NCBI GenBank assembly: GCA_963728205.1
Contig: CAVSIV010000006.1
Coordinates: 1,760,001-1,824,000, forward strand
Direction: 5' to 3'
Origin: an uncultured Chloroflexia bacterium
GTDB taxonomy: Bacteria > Chloroflexota > Dehalococcoidia > UBA2979
DNA length: 64,000 bases
The notes below the pieces were generated by a model that saw only the letters and a list, made by a program, of their open reading frames with translations, did not search any database and was not told where the DNA came from. Below are positions 39,490 to 50,345 of this stretch, in pieces. Within the stretch, counting starts at the first letter, position 1. Every line of letters starts with the position of its first letter. The position numbers and the translations under genes were made by a program.

Positions 39490-41403
39490 GTGTCATCCAC
39501 CGGCGACGCCCTCATCGGCAGCACCCTCGACGGGCGCTACCGCGTGCTCCGTCGGATCGCCGACGGCGGGATGGCGACGGTCTACCTCGCGATGGACGAG
39601 CGCCTCGAACGGGAGGTCGCGCTCAAGGTCATGCGGCCGCACCTCGTGCACGACGAGAGCTTCGTCACGAGGTTCCGGCGTGAGGCCCGGGCCGCGGCGT
39701 CGCTCTCCCACCCCAACGTCGTGGGGGTCTTCGACCAGGGCCGGGACGGCGACCACATCTTCCTCGCGATGGAGATGGTCGACGGGCAGACCCTGCGCGA
39801 GGTCCTGCAGGCCGAGGGTCCGCTCTCCCCGAGGGCCGCCCTCGACATCCTCGAGCCAGTGCTCATGGCCCTCTCGGAGGCCCATCGCGAGGGCCTGATC
39901 CACCGCGACGTCAAGCCCGAGAACGTCATCATCAAGGACAATGGCGCCGTCAAGGTCGCCGACTTCGGCCTCGCCCGCGCCGTGTCGAGCCAGACGATGA
40001 CGAGCTCATCGGGGGTGCTCCTGGGCACCGTGGCCTACCTCTCGCCCGAACAGGTCGAGCGGGGTGTCGCGGATGCCCGTTCGGACGTCTACGCGGCCGG
40101 TCTGATGCTCTTCGAGATGCTCACCGGGACGAAGGCGTTCACGGGCGAGACCGCCATCCACGTCGCCTACCAGCACGTTCACGGTGGGGTGCCCGCGCCC
40201 TCGGACCGGATCGCCGGCCTCCCTCCCGCCCTCGACGAGCTGGTCGCGGTGGCCACCGCGCGCGACCCCGATGAGCGACCCACGGACGCGGGTGACTTCC
40301 TCGAGCTCGTCCAACGGACCCGCGCGTCCCTGGGCCCAACCGATCTCGACTCGCGCCCCGCCGGGTTGGCGGCGGAGCAGGCCGCGAGCACCCCCACCGC
40401 GACCGCAGCCCTGCCCGTGGACGACCCCGCGACGCCGGCGTCCGGCGCCGAGGTGGGGACGCAGGGCGACACCACCGCGCTGTCGGTGTCGCCACCCCTG
40501 CGGGGCGTCGTCGTCGAGTCGCCTCCGCGGCGGCGTCGCTGGTGGCCCGCGATCCTCGCCTCGATGCTCATCGCCGCGATCACCGCGTGGTTCTTCGTGC
40601 TCGGGCCCGGCGCGACCTCGGCCGTGCCCGCCGTGCAGGGGCAGACCCAGGACCAGGCCGTGGCGGCCATCGAGGCGGTCGAGCTCGACGCCGTGGTGAG
40701 CGAGGCCTTCGACGAGGAGGCTCCCAAAGGTGAGGTGATGTCGGTCGATCCCCCGGCCGGCACCAACCTTCGCCGCGGCACCGACGTGCAGCTGATCGTG
40801 TCCAAGGGCCCGGAGCGGTATGCCGTGCCCGAGGTCGTCGGGACGACGCTGGCCGAGGCCCGGCTCCGGATCGCCGACGCCAGCCTCGCCGTGGGCGAGG
40901 TCACCGAGTCCTTCAGCGAGAAGGTGCCCGACGGCCAGGTGATCTCGACCGACCCAGAGCAGGGCGCCGAGCAGAAGAAGGGCACCGAGGTGGCGCTCAC
41001 CGTGAGCAAGGGGCGCAAACCGATCACGGTCCCCGACGTCACCGGCGCGAGCTCGTCGGCGGCGGCGAAGCAGCTCACCGAGCTGGGCCTGACCGTCGAC
41101 GCCACGGAGCAGGAGAACAGCGACACCGTGGCCGAGGGCGACGTCATCCGGCAGAGCCCCGCCGACGGCACCCTCTTCAAGGGCGACGAGGTCAGCCTCG
41201 TGGTGTCCAAGGGACCGGTCATGGTCGACGTCCCCAACGTCGTCGGTCAGCAGCTCACCGAGGCTCGGAAGGCCCTGGAGGACGTGGGCTTCACGGTGGA
41301 GGTGCGCAAGGCACTCGGCGGGTTCTTCGGGACCGTCCGACTCCAGGACCCGGCGGGCGGCACGGCACCCAAGGGCAGCACCGTCACGCTGACGATCGTC
41401 TGA
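39490..41403 (+). CDS. PASTA-domain Ser/Thr protein kinase (PknL-like)
   Basis: GGMATVY, VALK, HRDVKPEN, DFGLAR, YLSPEQ; TM helix; four PASTA repeats; leaderless TACACT-N6-GTG. Confidence 0.92.
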   Translation: MSSTGDALIGSTLDGRYRVLRRIADGGMATVYLAMDERLEREVALKVMRPHLVHDESFVTRFRREARAAASLSHPNVVGVFDQGRDGDHIFLAMEMVDGQTLREVLQAEGPLSPRAALDILEPVLMALSEAHREGLIHRDVKPENVIIKDNGAVKVADFGLARAVSSQTMTSSSGVLLGTVAYLSPEQVERGVADARSDVYAAGLMLFEMLTGTKAFTGETAIHVAYQHVHGGVPAPSDRIAGLPPALDELVAVATARDPDERPTDAGDFLELVQRTRASLGPTDLDSRPAGLAAEQAASTPTATAALPVDDPATPASGAEVGTQGDTTALSVSPPLRGVVVESPPRRRRWWPAILASMLIAAITAWFFVLGPGATSAVPAVQGQTQDQAVAAIEAVELDAVVSEAFDEEAPKGEVMSVDPPAGTNLRRGTDVQLIVSKGPERYAVPEVVGTTLAEARLRIADASLAVGEVTESFSEKVPDGQVISTDPEQGAEQKKGTEVALTVSKGRKPITVPDVTGASSSAAAKQLTELGLTVDATEQENSDTVAEGDVIRQSPADGTLFKGDEVSLVVSKGPVMVDVPNVVGQQLTEARKALEDVGFTVEVRKALGGFFGTVRLQDPAGGTAPKGSTVTLTIV

Positions 41404-41410
41404 GCAGCCG

Positions 41411-42334
41411 GTGACCCCTCCTGCCGGCCACCCGCGGCTGGCCACCGCACTGCTCGTCGGTGTCACCGCCGTGTGGGGCTCGACCTTCTTCCTCATCCGC
41501 GACCTCGTCGAGACCGTCCCGCCAGCGGACTTCCTCACGGTGCGCTTCGGCGTCGCCGCCGTCGTCATGGTGCTGCTCTTCCGGCGCCAGACGATGGCGC
41601 TGACCCGCCGCGAGCTGCGGGTCGGCGTGGTGCTGGGCGTGCTCTACGGGCTCGCCCAGGTGCTCCAGACGTTCGGCCTGCAGACCACCGACGCGTCGGT
41701 GTCGGGCTTCATCACCGGCACCTACGTCGTGCTGACACCCGTGCTGGGGGCGGTGATCCTGCGCGATCGGATCGGACGCGTCACGTGGATCGCCGTCGGG
41801 CTCGCGACGGTCGGCCTGGCCCTGCTCTCGCTCAACGGCCTGGCGGTCGGGGTCGGCGAGGCCCTCACCCTCGCGTCGGCCGTGCTGTATGCCGCGCACA
41901 TCGTCGCCCTCGGCCACTGGTCCACGCCCGGCGCGGCGGTCGGTCTCGCCACCGTCCAGGCGGCGACGATCGCGGCGGTGACCGGCATCTGGGCGATCCC
42001 GGGAGGCCTCACGCTCCCCGCAACCGGCGGCCAGTGGGCCTCCCTGCTCTACATGGCGCTCATCGCCGGCGCGCTCGCGCTCTGGGCCCAGACCTGGGCG
42101 CAGGCACACCTCACCGCCACTCGGGCGGCGATCGTCATGGCACTCGAGCCGGTGTTCGCGGCCTTCTTCGCGGTGCTCCTGGGCGGGGAGAGCCTCACCC
42201 GGCGGATGCTGCTGGGAGGGGCCTTCGTCGTGTCGGCGATGTACCTCGTGGAGCTCCGCGGCGGGCCCCCTCGGGACCCCGAGGCCTCTGCTGCCGACGA
42301 TCCGCCGGTCGAGGCCCTCCACCACGACGTCTGA
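41411..42334 (+). CDS. DMT/EamA family transporter
   Basis: VWGSTF, ~10 TM helices, LEPVFAA. Confidence 0.88.
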   Translation: MTPPAGHPRLATALLVGVTAVWGSTFFLIRDLVETVPPADFLTVRFGVAAVVMVLLFRRQTMALTRRELRVGVVLGVLYGLAQVLQTFGLQTTDASVSGFITGTYVVLTPVLGAVILRDRIGRVTWIAVGLATVGLALLSLNGLAVGVGEALTLASAVLYAAHIVALGHWSTPGAAVGLATVQAATIAAVTGIWAIPGGLTLPATGGQWASLLYMALIAGALALWAQTWAQAHLTATRAAIVMALEPVFAAFFAVLLGGESLTRRMLLGGAFVVSAMYLVELRGGPPRDPEASAADDPPVEALHHDV

Positions 42335-42355
42335 GCGCCGCCGGTGCCCGGCCGC

Positions 42356-42679
42356 TCAGCTGTCCGCGCGGCAGCGCAGCGCCCAGGGGCGCGCCTCGAG
42401 ACGCTCGTCGCCGATCGGCCGGCCGCACACCTCACAGCTGCCGTAGGTGCCGTCCTCGGTCTTCCCGATGGCCACCCGCACCTGGTCCAAGGTGGCCAGG
42501 AGTCGTTCCTGGACCGCCACCGAGGTGAGTCGGTCGACGGCGATCGAGGTGCCCTCGCCGATGCGCTTGCCGAAAGAGATCGACCCGGTGTCGCCGGTCG
42601 GGCGGGTCAGCACGGCGAGCTCCTCGACCAGCGACCTCTCCTTCTCGAGCAGGAGGTCGCGCGCCGTGGGGGTGTCCAT
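42356..42679 (-). CDS. TraR/DksA C4-type zinc finger protein
   Basis: GTYGSCEVCGRPIGDERLEARPWALRC. Confidence 0.85.
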   Translation of the reverse strand: MDTPTARDLLLEKERSLVEELAVLTRPTGDTGSISFGKRIGEGTSIAVDRLTSVAVQERLLATLDQVRVAIGKTEDGTYGSCEVCGRPIGDERLEARPWALRCRADS

Positions 42680-42688
42680 GGGCTGACC

Positions 42689-43768
42689 CTAGACGGTGTC
42701 GCTCCCCCGCGACCGCTCAGCGGCGGACCCGCGCAGCACGGCCCTCGCTGCGTCGATCGCGACGTCCGTCCCCGCGTCGTCGACGTCGAGGTGCCAGACG
42801 GCCCGCACGGCGGCCGGCCCCACCGCGTAGGTGCGCACTCCGCGCTCGAGGAGCGCGGCGACGGCGTCCGCGGACGAGAGGCCGGTGGCCCCCACGTCGA
42901 GGACGACGATGTTGGTCTGCACGGTCGAGGGGTCGACGACGCCCGGTGCGGCCTCCGCGCACGCCACGGCGAAGCGCCGCGCCCTGGCGTGGTCGTCGGC
43001 GAGCCGCCCGACGTGGTGGTCGAGCGCGTAGAGGCCCGCCGCGGCCAGGATGCCGACCTGCCGCATCCCCGCGCCGTAGCGCTTGCGCCACACCCTCGCC
43101 TCGGCCATCCGGTCCGTGGAGCCGACGAGCAACGACCCGATCGGAGCACCGAGCCCCTTGGAGAGGCAGACGCTGACGGTGTCGAACTGCCCCCCGTACG
43201 CCGAGAGCGGGACACCGCTGGCCACGTGGGCGTTCCACAGCCTGGCCCCGTCGAGGTGCATCGCGACGCCGAGGGGCTGCGTCGCCTCGCGCACGGCACG
43301 GATCGCCTCGAGGGGCTGCACCGTGCCACCCCCGAAGTTGTGCGTGTTCTCGACGACGACGAGAGCGGTCTCGACCTGGTAGGGACCGACGCCTGTCGTG
43401 ACGAGCGACATCGGGCCCGCGGGGTCGAGCAGACCCCGCTCGGCCGGCCAGGACCGGCTCGTGATCCCGGAGAACGCCGCGGCGGCCCCGAGCTCGGCGC
43501 GGAGCACGTGCGCCAGGGAGTCGGCCACCAGCTCCTGCCCCGGTGAGACGTGCAGGCGCACCCCGAGCTGGTTCGCCAGGGAACCGGTTGGGCTGAACAA
43601 CCCGGCCTCGTGGCCGAGCAGCTCGGCGACCCGCTGCTCGAGCAGACGAACCGTGGGGTCCTCGCCGAACACGTCGTCACCGACGTCGGCCCACGCCATG
43701 GCCTCGCGCATCGCCGGGGTGGGCCGGGTGAGGGTGTCCGAGAGGAGGTCGGCGGCATACCCGCTCAT
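42689..43768 (-). CDS. ltaE: Low-specificity L-threonine aldolase
   Basis: SDTLTRPT..MR, VGDDVFGEDPTV, ENTHN, HLDGARLWNA, SKGLGAP, MRQVG. Confidence 0.9.
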   Translation of the reverse strand: MSGYAADLLSDTLTRPTPAMREAMAWADVGDDVFGEDPTVRLLEQRVAELLGHEAGLFSPTGSLANQLGVRLHVSPGQELVADSLAHVLRAELGAAAAFSGITSRSWPAERGLLDPAGPMSLVTTGVGPYQVETALVVVENTHNFGGGTVQPLEAIRAVREATQPLGVAMHLDGARLWNAHVASGVPLSAYGGQFDTVSVCLSKGLGAPIGSLLVGSTDRMAEARVWRKRYGAGMRQVGILAAAGLYALDHHVGRLADDHARARRFAVACAEAAPGVVDPSTVQTNIVVLDVGATGLSSADAVAALLERGVRTYAVGPAAVRAVWHLDVDDAGTDVAIDAARAVLRGSAAERSRGSDTV

Positions 43769-43776
43769 GCCGGTCT

Positions 43777-45129
43777 TCAGTCCTGGTTGAGCATCTCGGC
43801 CACGAGGAACGCCAGCTCGAGGCTCTGCTGGTGGTTCAGCCGGGGGTCGCACACCGACTCGTAGCGCTGGCTGAGGTCGGCGTCGAGGATCTTCTCCGAG
43901 CCTCCGATGCACTCGGTGACGTCGTTGCCGGTCAGCTCGACGTGGATGCCTCCCGGCACCGTGCCGAGCCCCTGGTGGACCTCGAAGAAGCCGCGCACCT
44001 CCTCGACGACGTCCTCGAAGTCGCGGGTCTTGTAGCCCGAGGCGGACTCATAGGTGTTGCCGTGCATGGGGTCGCACACCCACGAGACCGTGGCCCCGGA
44101 CGCGGTGACCTTCTCCACGATGTGGGGCAGTGCCTCGCGCACGCGTCCCGCCCCCATCCGCGTGATGAAGGTGAGGCGTCCCGGCTCCCGGTCGGGGTCG
44201 ACCCGGTCGATGATGCGCAGCAGGTCGTCGGTGTCGGCGCTCGCCGAGACCTTGACTCCCACCGGGTTGCGCACGGTCGACACGAAGTCGATGTGTGCTC
44301 CGTCGAGGTCGCGGGTGCGCTCGCCCACCCAGACGAAGTGGCCCGAGGTGTCGTAGAGCTCACCGGTGCGCGAGTCGACCCGGGTCATCGGCCGTTCGTA
44401 GTCGAGCACGAGGGCCTCGTGTGCCGAGAAGAACTCGGTGCTGCGCATCGCCTCGAAGTCGGCGCCACAGGCATTCATGAACTTCATCGCCTTGTCGATG
44501 TCCTTGGCGAGCCGCTCGTAGCGGACGTTCGCGGCGTTCGCGACGAAGCCCTTGTTCCAGTCGTGGACGTGTCGCAGGTCGGCGAAGCCGCCCGTGGTGA
44601 AGGCGCGCACGAGGTTGAGCGTGGCGCTGCTCGCGTGGTAGGCGCGGACCAGCCGCTGGGGGTCCGGGGTGCGTGCGTCGAGCGTGAACTCGAAGTCGTT
44701 GACGATGTCTCCGCGGAAGGCCGGGAGCGTCACGCCGTCACGGGTCTCGGTGCCGCTGCTGCGTGGCTTGGCGTACTGCCCCGCCATCCGGCCGACCTTC
44801 ACGACGGGAACGGATGCGCCGTAGGTGAGGACGGCGGCCATCTGCAGGATCGTCTTGACCCGGTCCCGGATGTTGTCGGCCGTGGCGGCCGCGAAGGTCT
44901 CGGCGCAGTCCCCGCCCTGCAGGACGAACGCCTCGCCCCGGGCCACCGAGGCCATCCGGTCCTTGAGCACGTCGCACTCCCCCGCGAACACGAGGGGTGG
45001 ATAGCTCGCCAGGGTCGCCACCGCGTCGTCGAGCGCCGCGCGGTCGGGCCAGACCGGCTGCTGGGCCGCAGGCAGGTCAGCGCCCGCGGCGAGCCGCTGG
45101 AGGGGGTCGGTGTCGGTCGGCGTGCTCAC
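43777..45129 (-). CDS. Class II DAHP synthase
   Basis: QGGDCAE, RMAGQYAKPRS, WVGERTR, CDPMHGNT, CDPRLN. Confidence 0.93.
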   Translation of the reverse strand: MSTPTDTDPLQRLAAGADLPAAQQPVWPDRAALDDAVATLASYPPLVFAGECDVLKDRMASVARGEAFVLQGGDCAETFAAATADNIRDRVKTILQMAAVLTYGASVPVVKVGRMAGQYAKPRSSGTETRDGVTLPAFRGDIVNDFEFTLDARTPDPQRLVRAYHASSATLNLVRAFTTGGFADLRHVHDWNKGFVANAANVRYERLAKDIDKAMKFMNACGADFEAMRSTEFFSAHEALVLDYERPMTRVDSRTGELYDTSGHFVWVGERTRDLDGAHIDFVSTVRNPVGVKVSASADTDDLLRIIDRVDPDREPGRLTFITRMGAGRVREALPHIVEKVTASGATVSWVCDPMHGNTYESASGYKTRDFEDVVEEVRGFFEVHQGLGTVPGGIHVELTGNDVTECIGGSEKILDADLSQRYESVCDPRLNHQQSLELAFLVAEMLNQD

Positions 45130-45181
45130 GGGCCAAGGATAGGTGCCGCCCGACCCGTTCGCCGACGGGCCCGTATGCCGG

Positions 45182-45916
45182 TCAGCCCGCCGAACCGCTC
45201 ACCGGGTCGTCCTCGAGCCCGTGGGAGAGGGCGAACCTGACGAGTTCGACGCGGTTGTGCAGGTGCAGCTTGCCGAGGGTGTTCTGGACGTGGTTCTGCA
45301 CGGTGCGGTGCGAGAGGTGCAGCTCCTTGGCGATCTCCTTGTACGACATCCCGGTCGCCACGAGCCGGAGCACCTCCGTCTCGCGCTCGGTGAGCTCGGG
45401 GATCGGCCGCGACGCCGCCTCCTGCGCAGGTTCCGAGGGCTCCGCGGGGTCACTGGCCATCCGCCGGAACTCGCCGAGGACCAAGCCCGCGAGCCCCGGC
45501 GTGAAGACGGCTTCACCGCGGGCCGTGGCCCGTACGGCATCGACGATCTCCGCCGCCGAGGCCGACTTCACGAGGTAGCCCGTCGCCCCCGCCTTGATCG
45601 CCGCGAGCACGTCGCGCTGCTCGCCGCTGGCGCTGAGGATCAGCGCTCTGGTGGGCACGTCCCCGAGCGCCCGGCAGACCTCGTCGCCGCGCATCCCGGG
45701 GAGGTTGAGGTCGAGCACCAGGACGTCCGGGCGGGTGGCACGGGCCCGGCGGACCGTTGCGGGGCCGTCACTCGCCGTTGCCACGACCTGGAGTCCGTGC
45801 GCGACGAGGTCTCGTTCGAGTGCCGACAGCCAGAGCGGGTGGTCGTCGGCGACGAGCACCGTGACGGGTCGGTCAGCCGACCGCCCGTCGCGTCTCGTGG
45901 GCTGCTGCCCGGTCAT
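45182..45916 (-). CDS. NarL/LuxR family response regulator (MacR-like)
   Basis: VADDHP, LDLNLPG, GATGYLVK, LTERETEVL...RTVQNHV. Confidence 0.9.
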   Translation of the reverse strand: MTGQQPTRRDGRSADRPVTVLVADDHPLWLSALERDLVAHGLQVVATASDGPATVRRARATRPDVLVLDLNLPGMRGDEVCRALGDVPTRALILSASGEQRDVLAAIKAGATGYLVKSASAAEIVDAVRATARGEAVFTPGLAGLVLGEFRRMASDPAEPSEPAQEAASRPIPELTERETEVLRLVATGMSYKEIAKELHLSHRTVQNHVQNTLGKLHLHNRVELVRFALSHGLEDDPVSGSAG

Positions 45917-47091
45917 CGGCGCTCCGCGGGGGGTCGGGGGATGGCGATCCGCACGACGCAGCCGCCTCCGGGTCGGGTGGTCCAGGTCGCCGTGCCGCCC
46001 AGGTCCTCGACCCGACCACGGATCGAGGAGCTGACGCCGAGCCGTCCGGAGTCGGCGGCGCCCAGCAGGTCGGAGACGTCGGCCCCGAGGCCGTCGTCGC
46101 GGATCGTGAGCTCGATGCCCGAGGGGTCGCCCTCGAGCAGGACCCACGCCCGGGCGTCCCTGCCGGCGTGTCGGTCGACGTTGTCCAGCGCCGCCGCCAC
46201 CGCGGCGTCGACCTCGGTCGCCACGGCTCGCTCCAGTGGTACGGCGTCGGCCGGCACCACCACGGTGACGCCCGGGCGCTCCCGGGCGGTGAGCAGGTGG
46301 CGCAGGTCGACCTCGTCCTCGGCGCGCAGGTCCGGTGGGGTCGCCGGGAGGTCCGGAGCCCCCGTGCCGGAGACGAACCGCCGCAGCGAGCGCTCCTGTT
46401 CCGCCGCGAGCACCGCCAGCTCCGCAGCCTCTCCCCCGAGCTCGGCGCCACGGCGGTGGATGTAGGCCAGCGACTGCAGGACCCCGTCGTGGACCACACG
46501 GGCGATCCGCTCCCGCTCGCGGAGCCGCTCCTGCTCGAGGAGCACCTGCTCCTCGCGCTCCAACCCCGTGCGCGCCAGGTCCACCGCCAGGCCGACGAGG
46601 CCCCCGAGCAGCACGAGCAGCACGATGTTGTGGATCGTCGACTGGGTGGGCTGCCCGACCTCCACGAGGTCGGCGAGGGCGATGACCGCCGCGGCGAGCA
46701 ACCCGCCGCGGGCACCCGCGACCACGGCGCCCCCCGCGACCGACCCCGCCACCCAGATCGTGGGGATGGTGAACTGTCCGGCCGCGATCGCCTCGGGCGA
46801 CTCGGCGAGCATCGTCGCGAGGATCCCGAGCACCGAGATCGAGACCTCGATGACGATGATCCGCACGGTGCGCCGGCGATAGGCCAGCAACCCGATCGAC
46901 CAGGCAGCCATCACCCCAAGGACGACTGCTGCCACCCAGGGCCGCACCATCGTCTCGTGCCGGTCCCAGGCGAGCCAGGCGGCGTAGACGACCGCCAACG
47001 GCCGGAAGACGTCGAGGCCGCGGTGGAAGGACTCCACCACGACCGGCTCGCGCCTGCCGGTTCGGGGCGAGCGCGGCCCCAGCACTCCCAT
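45913..47091 (-). CDS. Sensor histidine kinase (MacS-like, HisKA_3)
   Basis: TM N-terminus; ERERIARVVHDGVLQ; NVDRHA; DDGLG; GVSSSIRGR. Confidence 0.88.
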   Translation of the reverse strand: MGVLGPRSPRTGRREPVVVESFHRGLDVFRPLAVVYAAWLAWDRHETMVRPWVAAVVLGVMAAWSIGLLAYRRRTVRIIVIEVSISVLGILATMLAESPEAIAAGQFTIPTIWVAGSVAGGAVVAGARGGLLAAAVIALADLVEVGQPTQSTIHNIVLLVLLGGLVGLAVDLARTGLEREEQVLLEQERLRERERIARVVHDGVLQSLAYIHRRGAELGGEAAELAVLAAEQERSLRRFVSGTGAPDLPATPPDLRAEDEVDLRHLLTARERPGVTVVVPADAVPLERAVATEVDAAVAAALDNVDRHAGRDARAWVLLEGDPSGIELTIRDDGLGADVSDLLGAADSGRLGVSSSIRGRVEDLGGTATWTTRPGGGCVVRIAIPRPPAERR

Positions 47092-47102
47092 GACGGGACC
47101 GA

Positions 47103-47909
47103 TCAGCTCGCGCGCCGCCGGGGACCGTCGTCGTCCTCGAGCCCCTCGGCGTCGAGGGCTTCCTCCAGCTCGGACACGGCTCGACCGGGTCGGGCCGCCT
47201 CTGCGACCTCCTTGGCCTTGTTCTTCTTGTCGCGCGCGATGCGCTCCTTCATCGCCGCGGCGTACATGTCGACGTACTCCTGGCCGGAGAGCTCCATGAG
47301 GGCGTACATCAGCTCGTCAGTCACAGAGCGGAGCACGAAGCGGTCGCCGGACATGCCCTCGTACCGGCCGAAGTCCAGCGGCTCACCGATGCGCACACCG
47401 ACCCGGATGAGCTTGGGGATCTTCGTTCCCGTCGGCTGGGCCTTGTCGGTGTCGACCATTGCGACGGGGATGACGGGAACGCCTGCCTCGAGCGCCATCC
47501 TCGCGACCCCGGTCTTGCCCTTGTACAGGCGTCCGTCCGGACTGCGGGTGCCCTCGGGGTACAGGCCCAGGAACTCTCCCCTCCCGAGGACCTTCATGCC
47601 CGAGCGCAGGGCTGCCTCGCTGGCGCGCCCGCCGGAACGGTCGACGGGGAGCTGACCGACCCCCTTGAAGAACGCGGCCGTCATCCGGCCCTTCAGCCCC
47701 ACCCCGGTGAAGTAGTCCGCCTTGGCGAGGAACGTCATCCGCCGCGGCACGACGAGGGGCAGGAAGATCGAGTCCGAGAAGGACAGGTGGTTGCTCGCGA
47801 AGATCGCGGCCCCCTCCTCCGGGATGTGCTCCGATCCCTCGACCCACGGCCGGAACAGCAGTCGCAGGATCGGCCCCAGGACCACCGTCTTCAAGAACCA
47901 GTAGAACAC
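47103..47909 (-). CDS. Lysophospholipid acyltransferase (PlsC family)
   Basis: NHLSFSD, YPEGTRS, KGKTG. Confidence 0.92.
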   Translation of the reverse strand: MFYWFLKTVVLGPILRLLFRPWVEGSEHIPEEGAAIFASNHLSFSDSIFLPLVVPRRMTFLAKADYFTGVGLKGRMTAAFFKGVGQLPVDRSGGRASEAALRSGMKVLGRGEFLGLYPEGTRSPDGRLYKGKTGVARMALEAGVPVIPVAMVDTDKAQPTGTKIPKLIRVGVRIGEPLDFGRYEGMSGDRFVLRSVTDELMYALMELSGQEYVDMYAAAMKERIARDKKNKAKEVAEAARPGRAVSELEEALDAEGLEDDDGPRRRAS

Positions 47910-48024
47910 CCGACCACCCTTCCAGAGCGTGTGCGCCGACTCTAGTGCACAGGGTCGCACGCTCGTCCCGGTCGGCGCGCGTGCGAAGATCATCCTGGCA
48001 AGGCCCCCTCCGAAGGAGCACCTC

Positions 48025-48662
48025 GTGACCGATCGTGCCGGTGGCATGGACGAGCGGGATGTCGACGAGCTCTTCGCCTCGATCATCTCCCGCTGGGACT
48101 CGCCCCTGCCCTCGGCCCAGGACCCCCTGACGGACGCCGCCGACCCGCGGCCGAGGAACCCCACCGGTCCGACCCCACCGCCGAGGCCGAGTCCACCGCC
48201 GAGCCCGACGAGCCGACCACTCCCGACGCGTCTGCGCCTCCCGAAGGAACTGACCCGTCCGCTGCGCCCCAGGAGAAGCCGACCCGTCCGTCGTGGGTCA
48301 ACCCCTCCCCGATGGATGCCGTGCTGCCGCCCACAGCCTGGCGAGCCCCGGTGCCCACCCCCACGGGGGACGCGACGACCCGCCCCGGGGCCGACGCCGA
48401 GCCCGAGACGTCCGACGACGAGCACTTCGAGCCACCGGACGTGCGGCTGCCGCCCCAGGAGGACCTGCACTTCTGGGGTGCGGTCCTCGGGCTCGTCGCC
48501 GGGCCGCTCATGCTCCTGTACGTCGCCATGGCCCGTCCGTTCCACAGCACGAGGTGGTTCATCGCCGCGGTCGTCGTCTCCGTGCTCGGGTTCACCCTCC
48601 TCGTGCTGCGCCAACCCCGGCACCGGGACCCGACGAGCGGCGATGACGGAGCACGGCTCTGA
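48025..48662 (+). CDS. Hypothetical membrane protein (frameshifted)
   Basis: DVDELFASIISRW N-terminus, Pro-rich linker, EHFEPPD motif and two TM helices; pattern recurs at this locus in actinobacteria. Confidence 0.65.
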
Positions 48663-48678
48663 CCCCACCGACGGCGGC

Positions 48679-49373
48679 TCAGCCGACGGCGAGGTCCACC
48701 CACGTGGGCAGGTGGTCGCTCGCTGCGGCGAGCGCGGCTGCCGGCACGAGCACCTCGCGGTGCGGAAGAACCCGCAGGTCGGGCGAGGCGAGCACCACGT
48801 CGAGCCGACGACGAGGCGAGCGGGCCGGGTAGGTCGGCCCTCGGGGTGACACCGGCCGCAGCGAACCCCCCGCCAGCAGGGCCGCGAACGCCGGCCCGTT
48901 CTCGTCCTCGTTGAGGTCGCCGGCGACGACGAGGCACCTCCCGTCCCGAGACCACACCCTCGAGGATCCGACTCGACGTGGGAGAGACGCTCCTCGGGCC
49001 GGAGACCGAGGTGCACCGACACGACCACCACTCGGCGCTCGTCCTGCGTGGCGAGCTCGGCCACGGCATACCCCCTCGTCCGGTCCGGCCACCGCACCGG
49101 GAGCCGGTGGTGGTGGACCCGCTCGGCGCGGACCCGCTCCGAGACGAGGATGGTCGTGCCCCCGCTCCCGCGGTGCCCACCGGGCCAGGACATCGAGCAG
49201 GCCCGCGCGAAGCGCGCCACCCGCACCCCGGACAGGAGCCGTCGGGGGACCTCCTGGAGGCAGAGCACGTCGGGGTCGATCGCCCGCACGACGCGAGCCG
49301 CGAGGTCGTGGTCGTCGAGGAAGTCACGGGTGTTGTACGAGGCGACCCGCAGCCGCTGCACGGGGTCGGTCAA
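48679..49373 (-). CDS. Endonuclease/exonuclease/phosphatase family protein (frameshift near 48960)
   Basis: RVASYN, LCLQE, SVHLG, AGDLNE, SDHLP. Confidence 0.85.
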
Positions 49374-50345
49374 CCGGACGACGCGTCGGTGCGGGCGAGG
49401 TCCGCGGCGCCGACGAGGCCCGCCTCGTTGCCCATCTCGGCGGCCACGATGCGTGCCTCCGGCCGGTAGCCGCGACCGGTGAGCTGGCGCCTGAACGCCT
49501 CGCGCGCCGGGTCGAGGAGGAGGTCACCGGCCGCGCTGACCCCGCCACCGACGACGAACGTGCCGGGGTCGAAGGCCGCCGCGAGGTCGGCCATGCCGGT
49601 GCCGAGCCAGCGGCCGATCTCACCGATCAGCTCGACCGCGAGGGGGTCTCCTTCCCGTGCGGCCTGGGTGATGAGGGGACCGGTCAGGTCCTCGGGTCGA
49701 CCCTGGACGCGGTCGAAGAGGTCCGACACCACGGGACTGCCGTTCATCATCAGGGTCCTGGCCTCACGCACCAGGGCGTTGCCCGACGCGTACTGCTCCC
49801 AGCAGCCGCGGTTGCCGCACTCGCAGCGACTGCCGTCGGGGACCACCCGCATGTGACCGAACTCCCCCGCGATCCCGAACCTCCCCCGGATGACGTTGCC
49901 GTTGATGACGATGCCACCCCCGATGCCCGTGCCGAGGTTGACGAGCATGAGGTGGCTCTCGCCGCGGCCGGCCCCGTAGCGGTACTCGGCCCACACCGCC
50001 GCGTGGGCGTCGTTGTCGATGAACACGGGGAGGTCGACCCGTCGACCGAGGGCGTCCCGCAGCGGTTCGTTGCGCCAGGACAGGTGCGGGGCGAAGACGA
50101 CCGTGGCGTGGTCGGCGGCCACGAAGCCGGCGGCCCCGATGCCCACCGCACCGACGTCGGGGACGGCCTCCCGGAGCTCCTCGATCACCGAGACGATGGT
50201 GTCCTCGACGACTCGAGGGCTCTTGGACCGGTCCGGGGTGTCCCGCCGGGTGCGCAGCGAGGACGTGACCGGACTGGTCGACGACACCACCTGCCACCTT
50301 CGTCCCACCGATGTCGATCCCGATGGACAGCACGGACTCAGCCAT
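49370..50345 (-). CDS. glk: ROK family glucokinase (frameshift near 50250)
   Basis: IGIDIGGTKV, NDAHAA..AE, GTGIGGG, GEFGH, CECGNRGCWEQY. Confidence 0.92.

Noticed and set aside
47103-49373. 756-aa apparent EEP-acyltransferase fusion ORF
   Set aside because: Produced by a frameshift in the EEP gene reading through the antisense strand of another gene; plsC has its own start at 47909
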